From IMG/VR virus record IMGVR_UViG_3300028800_000077: a DNA stretch of 64,000 bases, one strand, 5' to 3'. This stretch comes from an uncultured virus (IMG/VR IMGVR_UViG_3300028800_000077). Taxonomy: Duplodnaviria > Heunggongvirae > Uroviricota > Caudoviricetes. The notes below the pieces were generated by a model, which saw only the letters and a list, made by a program, of their open reading frames with translations, made no database searches and was not told the origin of the DNA. Shown here in pieces: positions 44,228 to 53,507 of the stretch. Position 1 is the stretch's first letter; each line of letters begins with the position of its first letter. A program made the position numbers and the translations under genes.

Positions 44228-44602
44228 ATGAACCTGCTCTCGATGTCCCGTGGAATGATCCAAGCGGTCGTTCCAGCGGTGCCGCTCGTGGTGCAGGTGT
44301 CGACCGGCGAGACGGTCAACGGCGCGGGCAAGCCAACACCTACCTACGCCGCTCCAGTGACGGTGCAGGGCAACATCCAGCCGATCTCCTACAAGGACAT
44401 TCAAATCCTTGACGGGCTCAACCTTCAGGGGACTCGGCAGCGCATCTATCTCTATGGCCACATCGATGGGCTCGTGCGCGTCTCGAACAAGGGTGGCGAC
44501 CTGATCACCGATCCGGACGGCAACGTGTGGCTCGTGGCGCTCGTGGCAGAGCAGTGGCCAACGTGGGTCGCGTGCCTCGCGACGTTGCAGAATGGATCGT
44601 AG
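44228..44602 (+). CDS. Head closure-type protein
   Basis: QP.S..D...LDGLNLQG, KGGDL, WLV..V.E.WP.W. Confidence 0.75.
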   Translation: MNLLSMSRGMIQAVVPAVPLVVQVSTGETVNGAGKPTPTYAAPVTVQGNIQPISYKDIQILDGLNLQGTRQRIYLYGHIDGLVRVSNKGGDLITDPDGNVWLVALVAEQWPTWVACLATLQNGS

Positions 44603-44604
44603 CG

Positions 44605-45345
44605 ATGATCCTCTCTGTCGTTCCTACGCAAGAGGACATCTTCACGGCGGTCGTCGGCTTCCTGTCGGCCGTTCTGCCGCCGGGTACGCCGATCCGGCAG
44701 GGACAGGCCAACCGCGTTCCTGAGCCGCATGCCGGCGACTTCGTCGTGATGTGGCCGATCCTGACGCCGCGCATCGGCACGAACGTCGATCAGGTGTTCG
44801 ACGCGGTGTTCACGGGATCGATTGCGCTCACGACGCTGACGATCACGGACGTCAATCCGAACTGGAACACGCCGCTGGCGGTCGGTCACACGATCTTCGG
44901 CATCGGCATCGCGGCCAACACCGTGATCCAATCCCAGCTTTCGGGAACGCCGGGCGGCATCGGGACCTATCGCGTCAGCATCTCGCAGACGTTCGCGTCG
45001 GGCGTGATCGCTGCCGGCATCCAGACCTTGATGGAGTGCGTCGAGGTCGTGATGCAGTGGGACGTTCACGGCCCGAACGCTTGGGACAACACAACGCTGA
45101 TCTCGGCGACGTTCCGCGACGAGGTTGGCTGCGATCTCTTTGCCGCATCTGGCTTCGAGATCGCGCCGCTCTACTTGGACGACCCGAGGCAGGTTCCGTT
45201 CGTGAACGCGGAACAGCAAGTCGAAAATCGATTCGTCATCACCGCACACATGGAGGCGAACCAAACGGTGACGGTGCCGCAGCAATTCGCCGATCAACTC
45301 GTCGTCACGCCGATCTCTGTCGACGTCGACTATCCACCATCTTGA
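44605..45345 (+). CDS. Tail terminator-type protein with inserted beta module
   Basis: GQANRVPEP, Q.DVHGP, PLY.DDP.Q.PF.N.EQQ.E.R. Confidence 0.75.
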   Translation: MILSVVPTQEDIFTAVVGFLSAVLPPGTPIRQGQANRVPEPHAGDFVVMWPILTPRIGTNVDQVFDAVFTGSIALTTLTITDVNPNWNTPLAVGHTIFGIGIAANTVIQSQLSGTPGGIGTYRVSISQTFASGVIAAGIQTLMECVEVVMQWDVHGPNAWDNTTLISATFRDEVGCDLFAASGFEIAPLYLDDPRQVPFVNAEQQVENRFVITAHMEANQTVTVPQQFADQLVVTPISVDVDYPPS

Positions 45346-45364
45346 TTGAGGAGAAACAGTAACC

Positions 45365-47101
45365 ATGCAGACGATCCCGGCTTCTGACATCGTCACGGTC
45401 AATCCCGGCGTTCTCGCTGCCGGCGGCAGTGGCCTCGCGCTGAACGGCATGATCTTGACCGAGAGCACGCGCGTTCCGACCGGCACGGCCGCTCCCTTCG
45501 GCAGCGCCACGGCGGTCGGCAACTACTTCGGCAACAACACGCCGGAGTATCAGGCCGCGCTCAACTACTTCGCCGGCTTCGATAACTCGAACATCAAGCC
45601 CGGCAAGCTCTACTACACGCAGTACACCAATGCGGCGGTGGCGGCCTACCTGCGCGGCGGCACGATCACGGGCATCCCGATTGCCACGCTGGGTGGCTAC
45701 TCGGGCAGCCTCACCGTGCTGGTTGACGGCTACACGCACACGGCCGCTTCCATCAACCTCACCGGCTGCACGAGCTACAGCAACGCCGCCTCTATTATCC
45801 AGACGGGCCTCACCGCTTCCGAGCCGACCGAGGCGACGTCGTCCGCCGGCACGATTGCCGGCACCGCGATGACTGTCGGCGGCTCGATCACCGGCACGTT
45901 CGCGCCGGGCCAGACGGTCACGGGCACGGGCGTTACGGCGAACTCGATCATCGTGGCTCAGGTTTCCGGCACGACCGGCGGCGCTGGCGTCTACACGCTC
46001 AGCCAGTCGTCCACCGTGGGCAGCCCCATCGCGATCACTGCCGTTGCCACGGCTCCGACCGTGACCTTCGACAGCACGGCGGGCGCGTTCGTGGTCACGT
46101 CCGGCATCACTGGCGTCCCGTCGACCGTCGCCTTCGCGACCGGCACGTTGGCTCCGCAGATTTTCCTGCAGGCCGCGCAAGGTGCGGTGCTCTCGCAGGG
46201 CGCTGCGGCGACGACGCCGGCCACGTTCATGGCGTCACTCGTGCAGATCACGCAGAACTGGGCCGGCTACACGACCCTGTTCGATCCCGATGGTGGCTCG
46301 GGCAACACGCAGAAGCTCGCGTTCGCGAACTGGACGGCGGCGCAGAACAACCGCTGGCTTTACGTCTGCAACGATAACGACGCGACGGCGACCAACACGG
46401 TGCCGGCGACTTCGAGCCTCGGCTACCTGCTCACGCAGTCGAACGCCTCGGGCATTTGCCTGATCTACGATCCGGTCAACACCTATCAGACGTCGGCCTT
46501 CATCTTGGGCGCTATGGCGTCCATCGACTTCACCGAGACGCAAGGCCGGATCACCTTCAAGTTCAAGTCACAGTCCGGCCTGCCGCCGGGCGTGACGAAC
46601 CAGACGACCGCCGAGAACCTGATCGCCAACGCCTACAACTTCTATGGCGCATACGCGACGGCCAATCAGAACTTCACGTTCTTCTCGCCGGGCTCTGTCA
46701 CCGGCAAGTTCGTGTGGCTCGACTCTTACGTCGATCAGATTTGGCTGAACAATTCGTTCCAGTCCGATCTCATGATCTTTCTGACGCAGGTCAAGTCGGT
46801 CCCCTACACGCAAGCCGGTCGCGACGCGATCATTGCGGCGTGCGGCACCACGATCAACGCCGGACTCAACTTCGGCGCGTTCTCGCCGGGTGTGGAACTC
46901 ACGAGCCTGCAGAAGCAGGAAGTGAACAACGCCGCCGGCCTCGACATCACGGGCGCGCTGTTCACGCAGGGCTACTACTTCCAAGTCCTGCCGGGCAATC
47001 CGAGCGCTCGCGCGGCGCGCACGTCGCCGCCTTGCACCTTTTGGTACTGCGATGGCGGCAGCGTCCAGCAGATCAACCTCGCCAGCATCGAAATCCAGTA
47101 A
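45365..47101 (+). CDS. Contractile tail sheath (DUF3383-like)
   Basis: IPAS.IV.V.PGVL.AGG, YF.GFDNS..KP, NW..YTT, YNFYG.YAT, WYCDGGSVQ.I. Confidence 0.9.
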   Translation: MQTIPASDIVTVNPGVLAAGGSGLALNGMILTESTRVPTGTAAPFGSATAVGNYFGNNTPEYQAALNYFAGFDNSNIKPGKLYYTQYTNAAVAAYLRGGTITGIPIATLGGYSGSLTVLVDGYTHTAASINLTGCTSYSNAASIIQTGLTASEPTEATSSAGTIAGTAMTVGGSITGTFAPGQTVTGTGVTANSIIVAQVSGTTGGAGVYTLSQSSTVGSPIAITAVATAPTVTFDSTAGAFVVTSGITGVPSTVAFATGTLAPQIFLQAAQGAVLSQGAAATTPATFMASLVQITQNWAGYTTLFDPDGGSGNTQKLAFANWTAAQNNRWLYVCNDNDATATNTVPATSSLGYLLTQSNASGICLIYDPVNTYQTSAFILGAMASIDFTETQGRITFKFKSQSGLPPGVTNQTTAENLIANAYNFYGAYATANQNFTFFSPGSVTGKFVWLDSYVDQIWLNNSFQSDLMIFLTQVKSVPYTQAGRDAIIAACGTTINAGLNFGAFSPGVELTSLQKQEVNNAAGLDITGALFTQGYYFQVLPGNPSARAARTSPPCTFWYCDGGSVQQINLASIEIQ

Positions 47102-47113
47102 GGGAGCGCCACG

Positions 47114-47545
47114 ATGGCCACGATCACTTCCAACAATGCGGTGTTCACGCTGACGATCCCGTTGGTGTTCCCGACGCCGCAACGCCTGCAAGGGTTTTCC
47201 GTCGAGGACATCTTCTCGACGGAGCCTATCAAGGCGGCCGAGACGCAGATGGGCGTCGACGGCATTCTCTCCGGCGGCTTTGTCTTCACGGAGACGAAGC
47301 AGTCGATCACGCTCGAAGCCAACTCGGCCTCGAACGACATCTTCGATGCGTGGTGGCAGGCCCAGCAGACGCTCGGCGATCTTTACACGTGCTACGGCTC
47401 GGTGAGCATCAATGCCATCCGCAAGCGTTGGGACATGCAGAACGGCTTCCTGACGATGTATCCGCCGATCCCCGACGCCGGCAAGGTGCTCAAGCCGCGC
47501 AAGTACGAGATCACGTGGAATCAGATGATCGCGGTGCCGTACTAG
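47114..47545 (+). CDS. Tail tube protein
   Basis: TITS.NA, LQGF, E.QMGVDG.LSGG, ITL.A.S.S; after sheath. Confidence 0.85.
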   Translation: MATITSNNAVFTLTIPLVFPTPQRLQGFSVEDIFSTEPIKAAETQMGVDGILSGGFVFTETKQSITLEANSASNDIFDAWWQAQQTLGDLYTCYGSVSINAIRKRWDMQNGFLTMYPPIPDAGKVLKPRKYEITWNQMIAVPY

Positions 47546-47603
47546 GCCGCGATTTCCCGGCGACACGTCGCCATCACTCTCATTCCGAGGAAGGGTCTAA
47601 GGA

Positions 47604-48089
47604 ATGCGCAAGTCAAAGCTGGTAACGATCTCGGCCGAAGGCCGCGACAAGGGCAAGCTGTTCGTGGTGAACGAGAAGTCTGCGGCGGCTGCCGAATGGT
47701 GGGCGACGCGGGCTCTCCTCGCGTTGGGGAAGGCGGGAGCCGACATCGGCGACACCGACAACCTTGGCATGCAGAAGCTCGCCACCATCGGCCTCACGTC
47801 TCTCATGAAGGTCGATCCGTTCGATCTCAAGCCGTTGCTGGACGAGATCATGGAGTGTGTTCGCATCATTCCAGACAAGAACAACATCGACTTCTCGCGG
47901 CCACTCAGGATCGACTCAACGTCAGGCGAGGACGACATCGAGGAGTTCGCCACCTACGTCCGGCTGCGCACTGAAGTCTTCGAGCTTCACACGGGTTTTT
48001 CCATTCCCGTCGTCGGCCAGACATCGAATACGGCGACGGGAGCGACTACGTCAGCTACGCCAATGTCCCCGCCATCATTGGCACCGTAG
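47604..48089 (+). CDS. Tail assembly chaperone
   Basis: GRDKGK.F...E..A..AEWWA.RA, DIEE..T...LR.EVFELH.GF. Confidence 0.8.
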   Translation: MRKSKLVTISAEGRDKGKLFVVNEKSAAAAEWWATRALLALGKAGADIGDTDNLGMQKLATIGLTSLMKVDPFDLKPLLDEIMECVRIIPDKNNIDFSRPLRIDSTSGEDDIEEFATYVRLRTEVFELHTGFSIPVVGQTSNTATGATTSATPMSPPSLAP

Positions 48090-48229
48090 TCAGCGCCAAC
48101 AAGGCCACGCTGATCGAGTGTCAGACGGTTTACTCGCTGCAGGATGTCTATGACCTGCACGAGATCATCGTCGTCGATGCTCACAACGAGCGCGTCCTGC
48201 GTCGCCGCCAAGCGGAGATGAACAAGTGA
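47993..48229 (+). other. -1 programmed frameshift site G GGT TTT and chaperone extension
   Basis: In-frame X XXY YYZ heptamer at 47993-47999; -1 frame open to TGA 48227-48229 encoding ATLIECQTVYSLQDVYDLHEI; immediately before tape measure. Confidence 0.75.
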
Positions 48230-50415
48230 ACATCATCGACACTTTTGTCGTCCGGTTCGGCTTCGATACCTCGGATACCAAACGGGGTTCGGACGAAACA
48301 CGCGACCATCTCAAAAAGGTCAAGGACGAAGCCAGCAAGACCGGCAAAGAGATCGGTGAGACGGCCAAGCATGCCAGCGAGTTCGTGCGCGAGCTTCGCG
48401 GGCAGGTGATCGAACTGTTCCTCGCCTTCACTGGCGGCAAGGCGCTGAAAGAGTTCGCCGAGGACGTGTTTAAGTCGGACGCCGCGACCGGCCGGCTGGC
48501 GCGCATCCTCGGCGTCACGACTCAGCAGCTTGGCATGTGGCAGAACGCGGCCCGGCTGGCGGGCGGCTCGGCCGAGAGCGTGGCGGCATCCATGGCCGCC
48601 TTTGATCGCCAGTTGGTGAACATCTCCCTGATCCCCGAGCAGGGGAAGGCCGTGTTGCCCTATTTGCGGGCGCTGGGCGTGTCCTTGCGCGGGGCCAACG
48701 GTCAGATCATGGGCGTGATGGAAGCCATTCCACGGCTCAGAAAAGCCGTGCAGGATCGCCATCTGGACCCGCGCCGGGCGTCCTCCCTGCTGGCGGGCCT
48801 CGGGCTCGATCCCACGCTGATCAATCTCGTGCTCATGGAGGAGAAGAAATATCAGGCCATGATGGCCAAGGCGGCGCACTACGCGCCGACGAAGGGCGAG
48901 ACTGACATGGCCGAGCGGGTGCAGACCGCATGGTCCGGCACGACGCTGGCGCTGGAAAAGCTGCAGTCGACCATGAACGAAAAGCTCGGGCCGACGCTCG
49001 TGTCGATCATGGGGCGCATCGAGCACATCTTCGACTATCTTGGCCAGCACGAGGAAGAGGCCAACCGGGTGTTCACGGCGATGGCCGTGGGGGCGACCGC
49101 CGTGGGCGTGGCGCTGTTCGGCTGGATCGCCATTATCCCGGCGCTGATCGCCGGCATCCTGCTGTTGTGGGACGACTGGTCGACATGGACGGAGGGCGGC
49201 AAGTCCAAGTTCGGCGACTTCTATCAGGCCGTGGCCGATTGGTGGCGAGAGATTTCCGCCATCGCGATCCGCACGTGGAACGACATCAAGGGCGTGATGG
49301 TCCCGATCTTCGAGTGGATGTGGAAAACCATCAACGACACGCTCGCGGTCTACAGCAGCGTGCTCAACCTGATCTATCAGTTGTTCTTCGGGAAGGCCGA
49401 GGACATCAAGCGGGCGTGGAGCCAGATGATCGGCTCCATGGAGCGGCTGTTCAAGGATTGGTGGACTGGCCTGCCGGCGATGATCGCTAACGTGGGACCG
49501 GCGGTGTGGGATGCGGTGAAGTACGTCTTCGGCCGCGCGTTCGACTGGGTGACGGATCGAGCGAACACCATCTGGCGCGCGATCACGGGTGAAGACCTGT
49601 TCAAGACCAACGGGCCGTTCGACAAGCAGTCCGGCAAGGTCGGCGGCGCGGTCAAGGAAGGCGTCGTGGGCGGCGGTGGCGGCGCGGTCAACCCGGCCAG
49701 CATGGCGCAGCTTCAAAAGGACATCCGCACACTGCAGGGGATGGGGTGGACGAAGGAACAGGCCATCGGCATCGTCGCCAACGAATCACGTGAGAGCAGT
49801 GGCGACATCAACGCGGTCGGCGACAACGGCCGCTCGAAGGGTTTGTTCCAGTGGGACGCCGGGCGTCGCGCGATGTTCCAGAAGGTGTTCGGCTACGACA
49901 TGATGGACAAGACCATCGACGCCGAGAAGCGCCGCCTCGATCAGTTGAAGTTTATCACGCACGAACTGCGCACCGGCTCCGATCCGCAGTCAGGCACGGC
50001 CGGGCGGCAGATCGCCATCATGAAGAACTCGGGCGATGTCGCTGCCGCGTTCAGCACGCAGGTCGAACGGCCGTTGCATCCGGGCGAGGAGGCAGCGATC
50101 CGTCGTGGTCGCGCTGATGATTTGGAGAAGCACTACAACGACCTGACGCCGGAAGAGAAAACGAGTGCGCTGAAAAAGCTCCCGGCTGGCGCAACGGCAG
50201 GAGCCGGCGCTGGCGCGGCGATTGCGGCGCGCGACACGACCACGACGACCACGAACAACACAATCCAGAAGGGCCAAGGTTCTAGCATTTATATGGGGCC
50301 GGTCACGATCACCGGAGTCTCTGATCCCGATGCTGTGGCGCGGGCTCTTTGGGAAAAGGTGAGTGAAGCTAAAGCCGAGGCGACGGCGACCGCTCAGGTC
50401 GGAGGCACGAACTAG
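48226..50415 (+). CDS. Tape measure protein with C-terminal lysozyme-like domain
   Basis: Helical Trp-periodic middle; GW..EQA.GIVAN..RES, GDNG...GLFQW...R, ERP. Confidence 0.85.
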   Translation: MNIIDTFVVRFGFDTSDTKRGSDETRDHLKKVKDEASKTGKEIGETAKHASEFVRELRGQVIELFLAFTGGKALKEFAEDVFKSDAATGRLARILGVTTQQLGMWQNAARLAGGSAESVAASMAAFDRQLVNISLIPEQGKAVLPYLRALGVSLRGANGQIMGVMEAIPRLRKAVQDRHLDPRRASSLLAGLGLDPTLINLVLMEEKKYQAMMAKAAHYAPTKGETDMAERVQTAWSGTTLALEKLQSTMNEKLGPTLVSIMGRIEHIFDYLGQHEEEANRVFTAMAVGATAVGVALFGWIAIIPALIAGILLLWDDWSTWTEGGKSKFGDFYQAVADWWREISAIAIRTWNDIKGVMVPIFEWMWKTINDTLAVYSSVLNLIYQLFFGKAEDIKRAWSQMIGSMERLFKDWWTGLPAMIANVGPAVWDAVKYVFGRAFDWVTDRANTIWRAITGEDLFKTNGPFDKQSGKVGGAVKEGVVGGGGGAVNPASMAQLQKDIRTLQGMGWTKEQAIGIVANESRESSGDINAVGDNGRSKGLFQWDAGRRAMFQKVFGYDMMDKTIDAEKRRLDQLKFITHELRTGSDPQSGTAGRQIAIMKNSGDVAAAFSTQVERPLHPGEEAAIRRGRADDLEKHYNDLTPEEKTSALKKLPAGATAGAGAGAAIAARDTTTTTTNNTIQKGQGSSIYMGPVTITGVSDPDAVARALWEKVSEAKAEATATAQVGGTN

Positions 50416-51045
50416 ATGGCGCTTCCCCTTAGCAATCTCATTCCGGGCACTTCGCTGGCGGGTGGCGGCGGCCTGATCTCGCGCGATCTCGCCGCGATTG
50501 GCATCCTGCCGCCGCAATGGGGTATCTTCGACAGCAACGGCAATTCGGTCGTCAACTTCGATACCGTGCTTCAGTTCGAGTACAAGAACGAGACGACGGT
50601 GGCGGACTATCCGCTGGAGCGCGGGGCGTTCGAGAGCTACGACAAGGTCGCGTCGCCCTATTCGGCGCGCTTCGTGTTCGCGTCTGGCGGCAGCCTGCCC
50701 AACCGCACGGCGTTGCTTCGCTCGCTGGATACGATTGCCGGCGATCTCAAGCTCTACGATGTGATCACGCCTGAGTTCACCTATCTCAGCGCCAACATCA
50801 TCCACATCGACTACAATCGGCAGGCGGCGACCGTTGGCTTGTTGAAGGTCGCGGTATGGCTGGCCGAGATTCGCGTGACGACGGATGCGAGCCTGAGCGC
50901 GACGGCCGCGCCTAGCGGGGCGGACTCGTCGAACGGCGGACAGGTTCAGGCAGAGCCGGTTGCGCCGCAAACGGCGGCTCAGATTAAAGCGAAGGTTGAC
51001 GCAACAGCGCCGCCTGCGGCCGTCATAGGGGGAGGCCCAAGTTGA
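50416..51045 (+). CDS. Baseplate/tail tube initiator protein
   Basis: WGIFD, DYPLE.G.F.SYDKV..P, YDVITPE..Y. Confidence 0.75.
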   Translation: MALPLSNLIPGTSLAGGGGLISRDLAAIGILPPQWGIFDSNGNSVVNFDTVLQFEYKNETTVADYPLERGAFESYDKVASPYSARFVFASGGSLPNRTALLRSLDTIAGDLKLYDVITPEFTYLSANIIHIDYNRQAATVGLLKVAVWLAEIRVTTDASLSATAAPSGADSSNGGQVQAEPVAPQTAAQIKAKVDATAPPAAVIGGGPS

Positions 51046-51377
51046 GACTCGTCCCAACTCAGCCGCTTCCTTCGCAGGTTTTCAACGTGATCCTCGACGA
51101 GCAATCGATCACGGTGACGTTGCGCCAGCTTGCGAGCGGCCTGTTCATGAACATCCAGTTGAACGGCCAGCAGATGCTCGGGCTGGTGATTTGCCAAAAC
51201 CTGAACCGCATCGTGCGCAATACCTACTTCGGCATGGCCGGCGATTTCATATTTTACGACGAGAATGGCACCGGCCTCGATCCTGTCTTCACTGGGCTCG
51301 GCGCGCAATTCAGTCTGTACTATATCGAAGCCGCCGAGCTTTCCGGTTTCGCGGGATTTCCGGGGATGACCGGCTGA
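51042..51377 (+). CDS. Baseplate protein
   Basis: P.PSQ...V.L..Q, GDF.F.D..G..DP.FTGLG. Confidence 0.75.
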   Translation: MRLVPTQPLPSQVFNVILDEQSITVTLRQLASGLFMNIQLNGQQMLGLVICQNLNRIVRNTYFGMAGDFIFYDENGTGLDPVFTGLGAQFSLYYIEAAELSGFAGFPGMTG

Positions 51378-52294
51378 TGGCATTCGTCCAGCGCCTTATC
51401 CAAGTGCAGTTCGTGCTGGCCAATGGATCGTTCGGCAACACGCCTGTCGCGCGCCAGCAGGAAGGGCTCAACACGCTCAGCCTGAACACAGCGGATAAAC
51501 CGGGGCTGCGCATTACGACCAAGGTCGTCAATCCGGGCGGCGAGACGGCACCGACTCTCGATATGGCCATCTACGGCATGACGCTGTCGCAGATGAACCA
51601 ACTCTCGACGCTCGGCGTGAAAATCCAGTTGCTCCCGACGAACACGGTCACGGTCCTCGCGGGCGACAAGGAAAGCGGGATGACGGTGGTCTTCATCGGC
51701 ACCGTCACGGGCGCGTTCGCCGATATGACGTCGGCTCCCGACGTGGCCTTCCGTGTGACAGGGCAGACCGCCATCAATGGGCAGGTCGATCAGGCAGACC
51801 CGGTGAGCTTCAACGGCGCGGTCAAGATCGAGACGATCTTGAAACCGCTGGCGGAAAACCTCGGGCTCAAGTTCGAGAACAACAACGTGAACAAAGTTCT
51901 CTCGAACCCCTATTGTTCGAGTTCGACCTTCGATCAGATCGCACAGATTTGCCTCGCGGCGGATGTCGACTGGACGATTGAGAAAGGCGTGCTCGCCATC
52001 TGGCCGCGCAACCGCTCGCGCGATACGACGTCGATCCCGCTGATCTCGCGCAAGAGCATTATGGTCGGTTATCCGACCTACACGGCCGAAGGCATTCTCG
52101 TGAAGGCGCTGTTCACGCCGGGCATCGACTTCGGCAAGCGACTCAAGGTCGAGAGCGATCTCGTCGGCGCGAGCAACGAGTGGGCGACGAACAAGATCGA
52201 GTTGGACTTGGACTCCAACGTGAACCACGGGAAATGGTTCATGACGCTAAGCTGCATCGATCCCAACTATCCAGAGACGGTGCCTAGTGGCTGA
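51377..52294 (+). CDS. Baseplate hub protein
   Basis: IYGM....MN.L, V.AGD, VF.GT...A, FENN.V, GYP. Confidence 0.8.
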   Translation: MAFVQRLIQVQFVLANGSFGNTPVARQQEGLNTLSLNTADKPGLRITTKVVNPGGETAPTLDMAIYGMTLSQMNQLSTLGVKIQLLPTNTVTVLAGDKESGMTVVFIGTVTGAFADMTSAPDVAFRVTGQTAINGQVDQADPVSFNGAVKIETILKPLAENLGLKFENNNVNKVLSNPYCSSSTFDQIAQICLAADVDWTIEKGVLAIWPRNRSRDTTSIPLISRKSIMVGYPTYTAEGILVKALFTPGIDFGKRLKVESDLVGASNEWATNKIELDLDSNVNHGKWFMTLSCIDPNYPETVPSG

Positions 52295-53153
52295 CGACAA
52301 AGGCACTGGCTATCTGCAGAAGAAGCCGCAGACCAACAATACGCTGGAAAAGCAAATCCGCTTCATCGTCCAGCGCATGATGTCGAAGCAGGCCACGAAC
52401 CTGCCGGTCAAGGTCGTGGCGGTCTACGATGCGGATGGCAACAAGGTCGGCGCGGATGGCACGGGCATCGTCGGCAAGGCCGGCTTCGTCGATGTGCAGC
52501 CGATGGTCAATCAGTACGACGGCGTCGGCAACGCGCGCCCGCATGGTATCATTCAGCGCATCCCGTTCTCGCGCCGGCAGGGCGGCAAGAGCGCGATTAT
52601 CAACGACCCGGTCGAAGGAGACATCGGCGTGATGTCGGTCGCCATGCGCGACATCTCGGCGGTGAAGGAAAGCGGCGACATCGCCAACGCAGGCTCGTTC
52701 CGCAGTTTTGATTTCGCCGATGGCATGTATCAGGACGCCTTGCTTGCCGACGAGCCGGATCAATATCTGCGCTACAGACACGACGGCCTCGAACTGATCG
52801 ACAAGAACGGCAACAAGTATCTCGCGACGCCGGACGGCATCACGCTGATTGACACGAACGGCAACACCGTCGAGTTGACGAAGAACGGGATGAAGCTGAC
52901 GGATCGGTTCAGCAACATCATCGACATGAAGTCGGGAAAGATCGAGATGACGACACCGCTATTCAAGCTCAACGGATCGTTCGAGTTCAGTGGCACCGGC
53001 AACATCACGGGCGACATCACGCAGGACGGTTCGTTCACCGCGACGAAGGAAGTCAAGGCGTTCAACACGCACACCGTCAGCCAGCACACCCACACGCAGG
53101 GCAACGACAGCCACGGCGATACGGAAGTGCCGACCAACACGCCGACAGGGTAG
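52287..53153 (+). CDS. Baseplate central spike (Gp138-like N-terminus)
   Basis: VDVQPMV, QGG..A.I.DP..GDIG, RDIS, C-terminal HTH metal-binding motif. Confidence 0.85.
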   Translation: MADDKGTGYLQKKPQTNNTLEKQIRFIVQRMMSKQATNLPVKVVAVYDADGNKVGADGTGIVGKAGFVDVQPMVNQYDGVGNARPHGIIQRIPFSRRQGGKSAIINDPVEGDIGVMSVAMRDISAVKESGDIANAGSFRSFDFADGMYQDALLADEPDQYLRYRHDGLELIDKNGNKYLATPDGITLIDTNGNTVELTKNGMKLTDRFSNIIDMKSGKIEMTTPLFKLNGSFEFSGTGNITGDITQDGSFTATKEVKAFNTHTVSQHTHTQGNDSHGDTEVPTNTPTG

Positions 53154-53156
53154 GAC

Positions 53157-53507
53157 ATGGACACGCTTCTGCTCGATCTACAATCATGGGACCTGACGCT
53201 CAATCAAAGCGGCAACATCGCCGTGGCGACCGGGCTCTATGCGCAGGCGCAGGATGCGGCCAGCGAGCTTCGTCTGTTTCAGGGCGAGCTTTGGTACAAC
53301 ACCGGGCGCGGCGTTCCCTACTGGCAGCAAATCCTCGGCCGCTTGCCGCCGGCCGCGCTCATGAAGGCGAAGTTCGTGCAGGCGGCGTTGCTCGTGCCGG
53401 GCACGGCCTCTGCCCAGTGTTTCATCCAAAGCACCGAGGGCCGGCGCGTGACCGGCCAAGTCCAGATCACCAACGGTCTAGGCCAAACCGGAGTAGCGAG
53501 TTTCTAA
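53157..53507 (+). CDS. Baseplate wedge protein
   Basis: WDL.L...GNIA, AQD, LF.GELWY...GVPY. Confidence 0.75.
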   Translation: MDTLLLDLQSWDLTLNQSGNIAVATGLYAQAQDAASELRLFQGELWYNTGRGVPYWQQILGRLPPAALMKAKFVQAALLVPGTASAQCFIQSTEGRRVTGQVQITNGLGQTGVASF

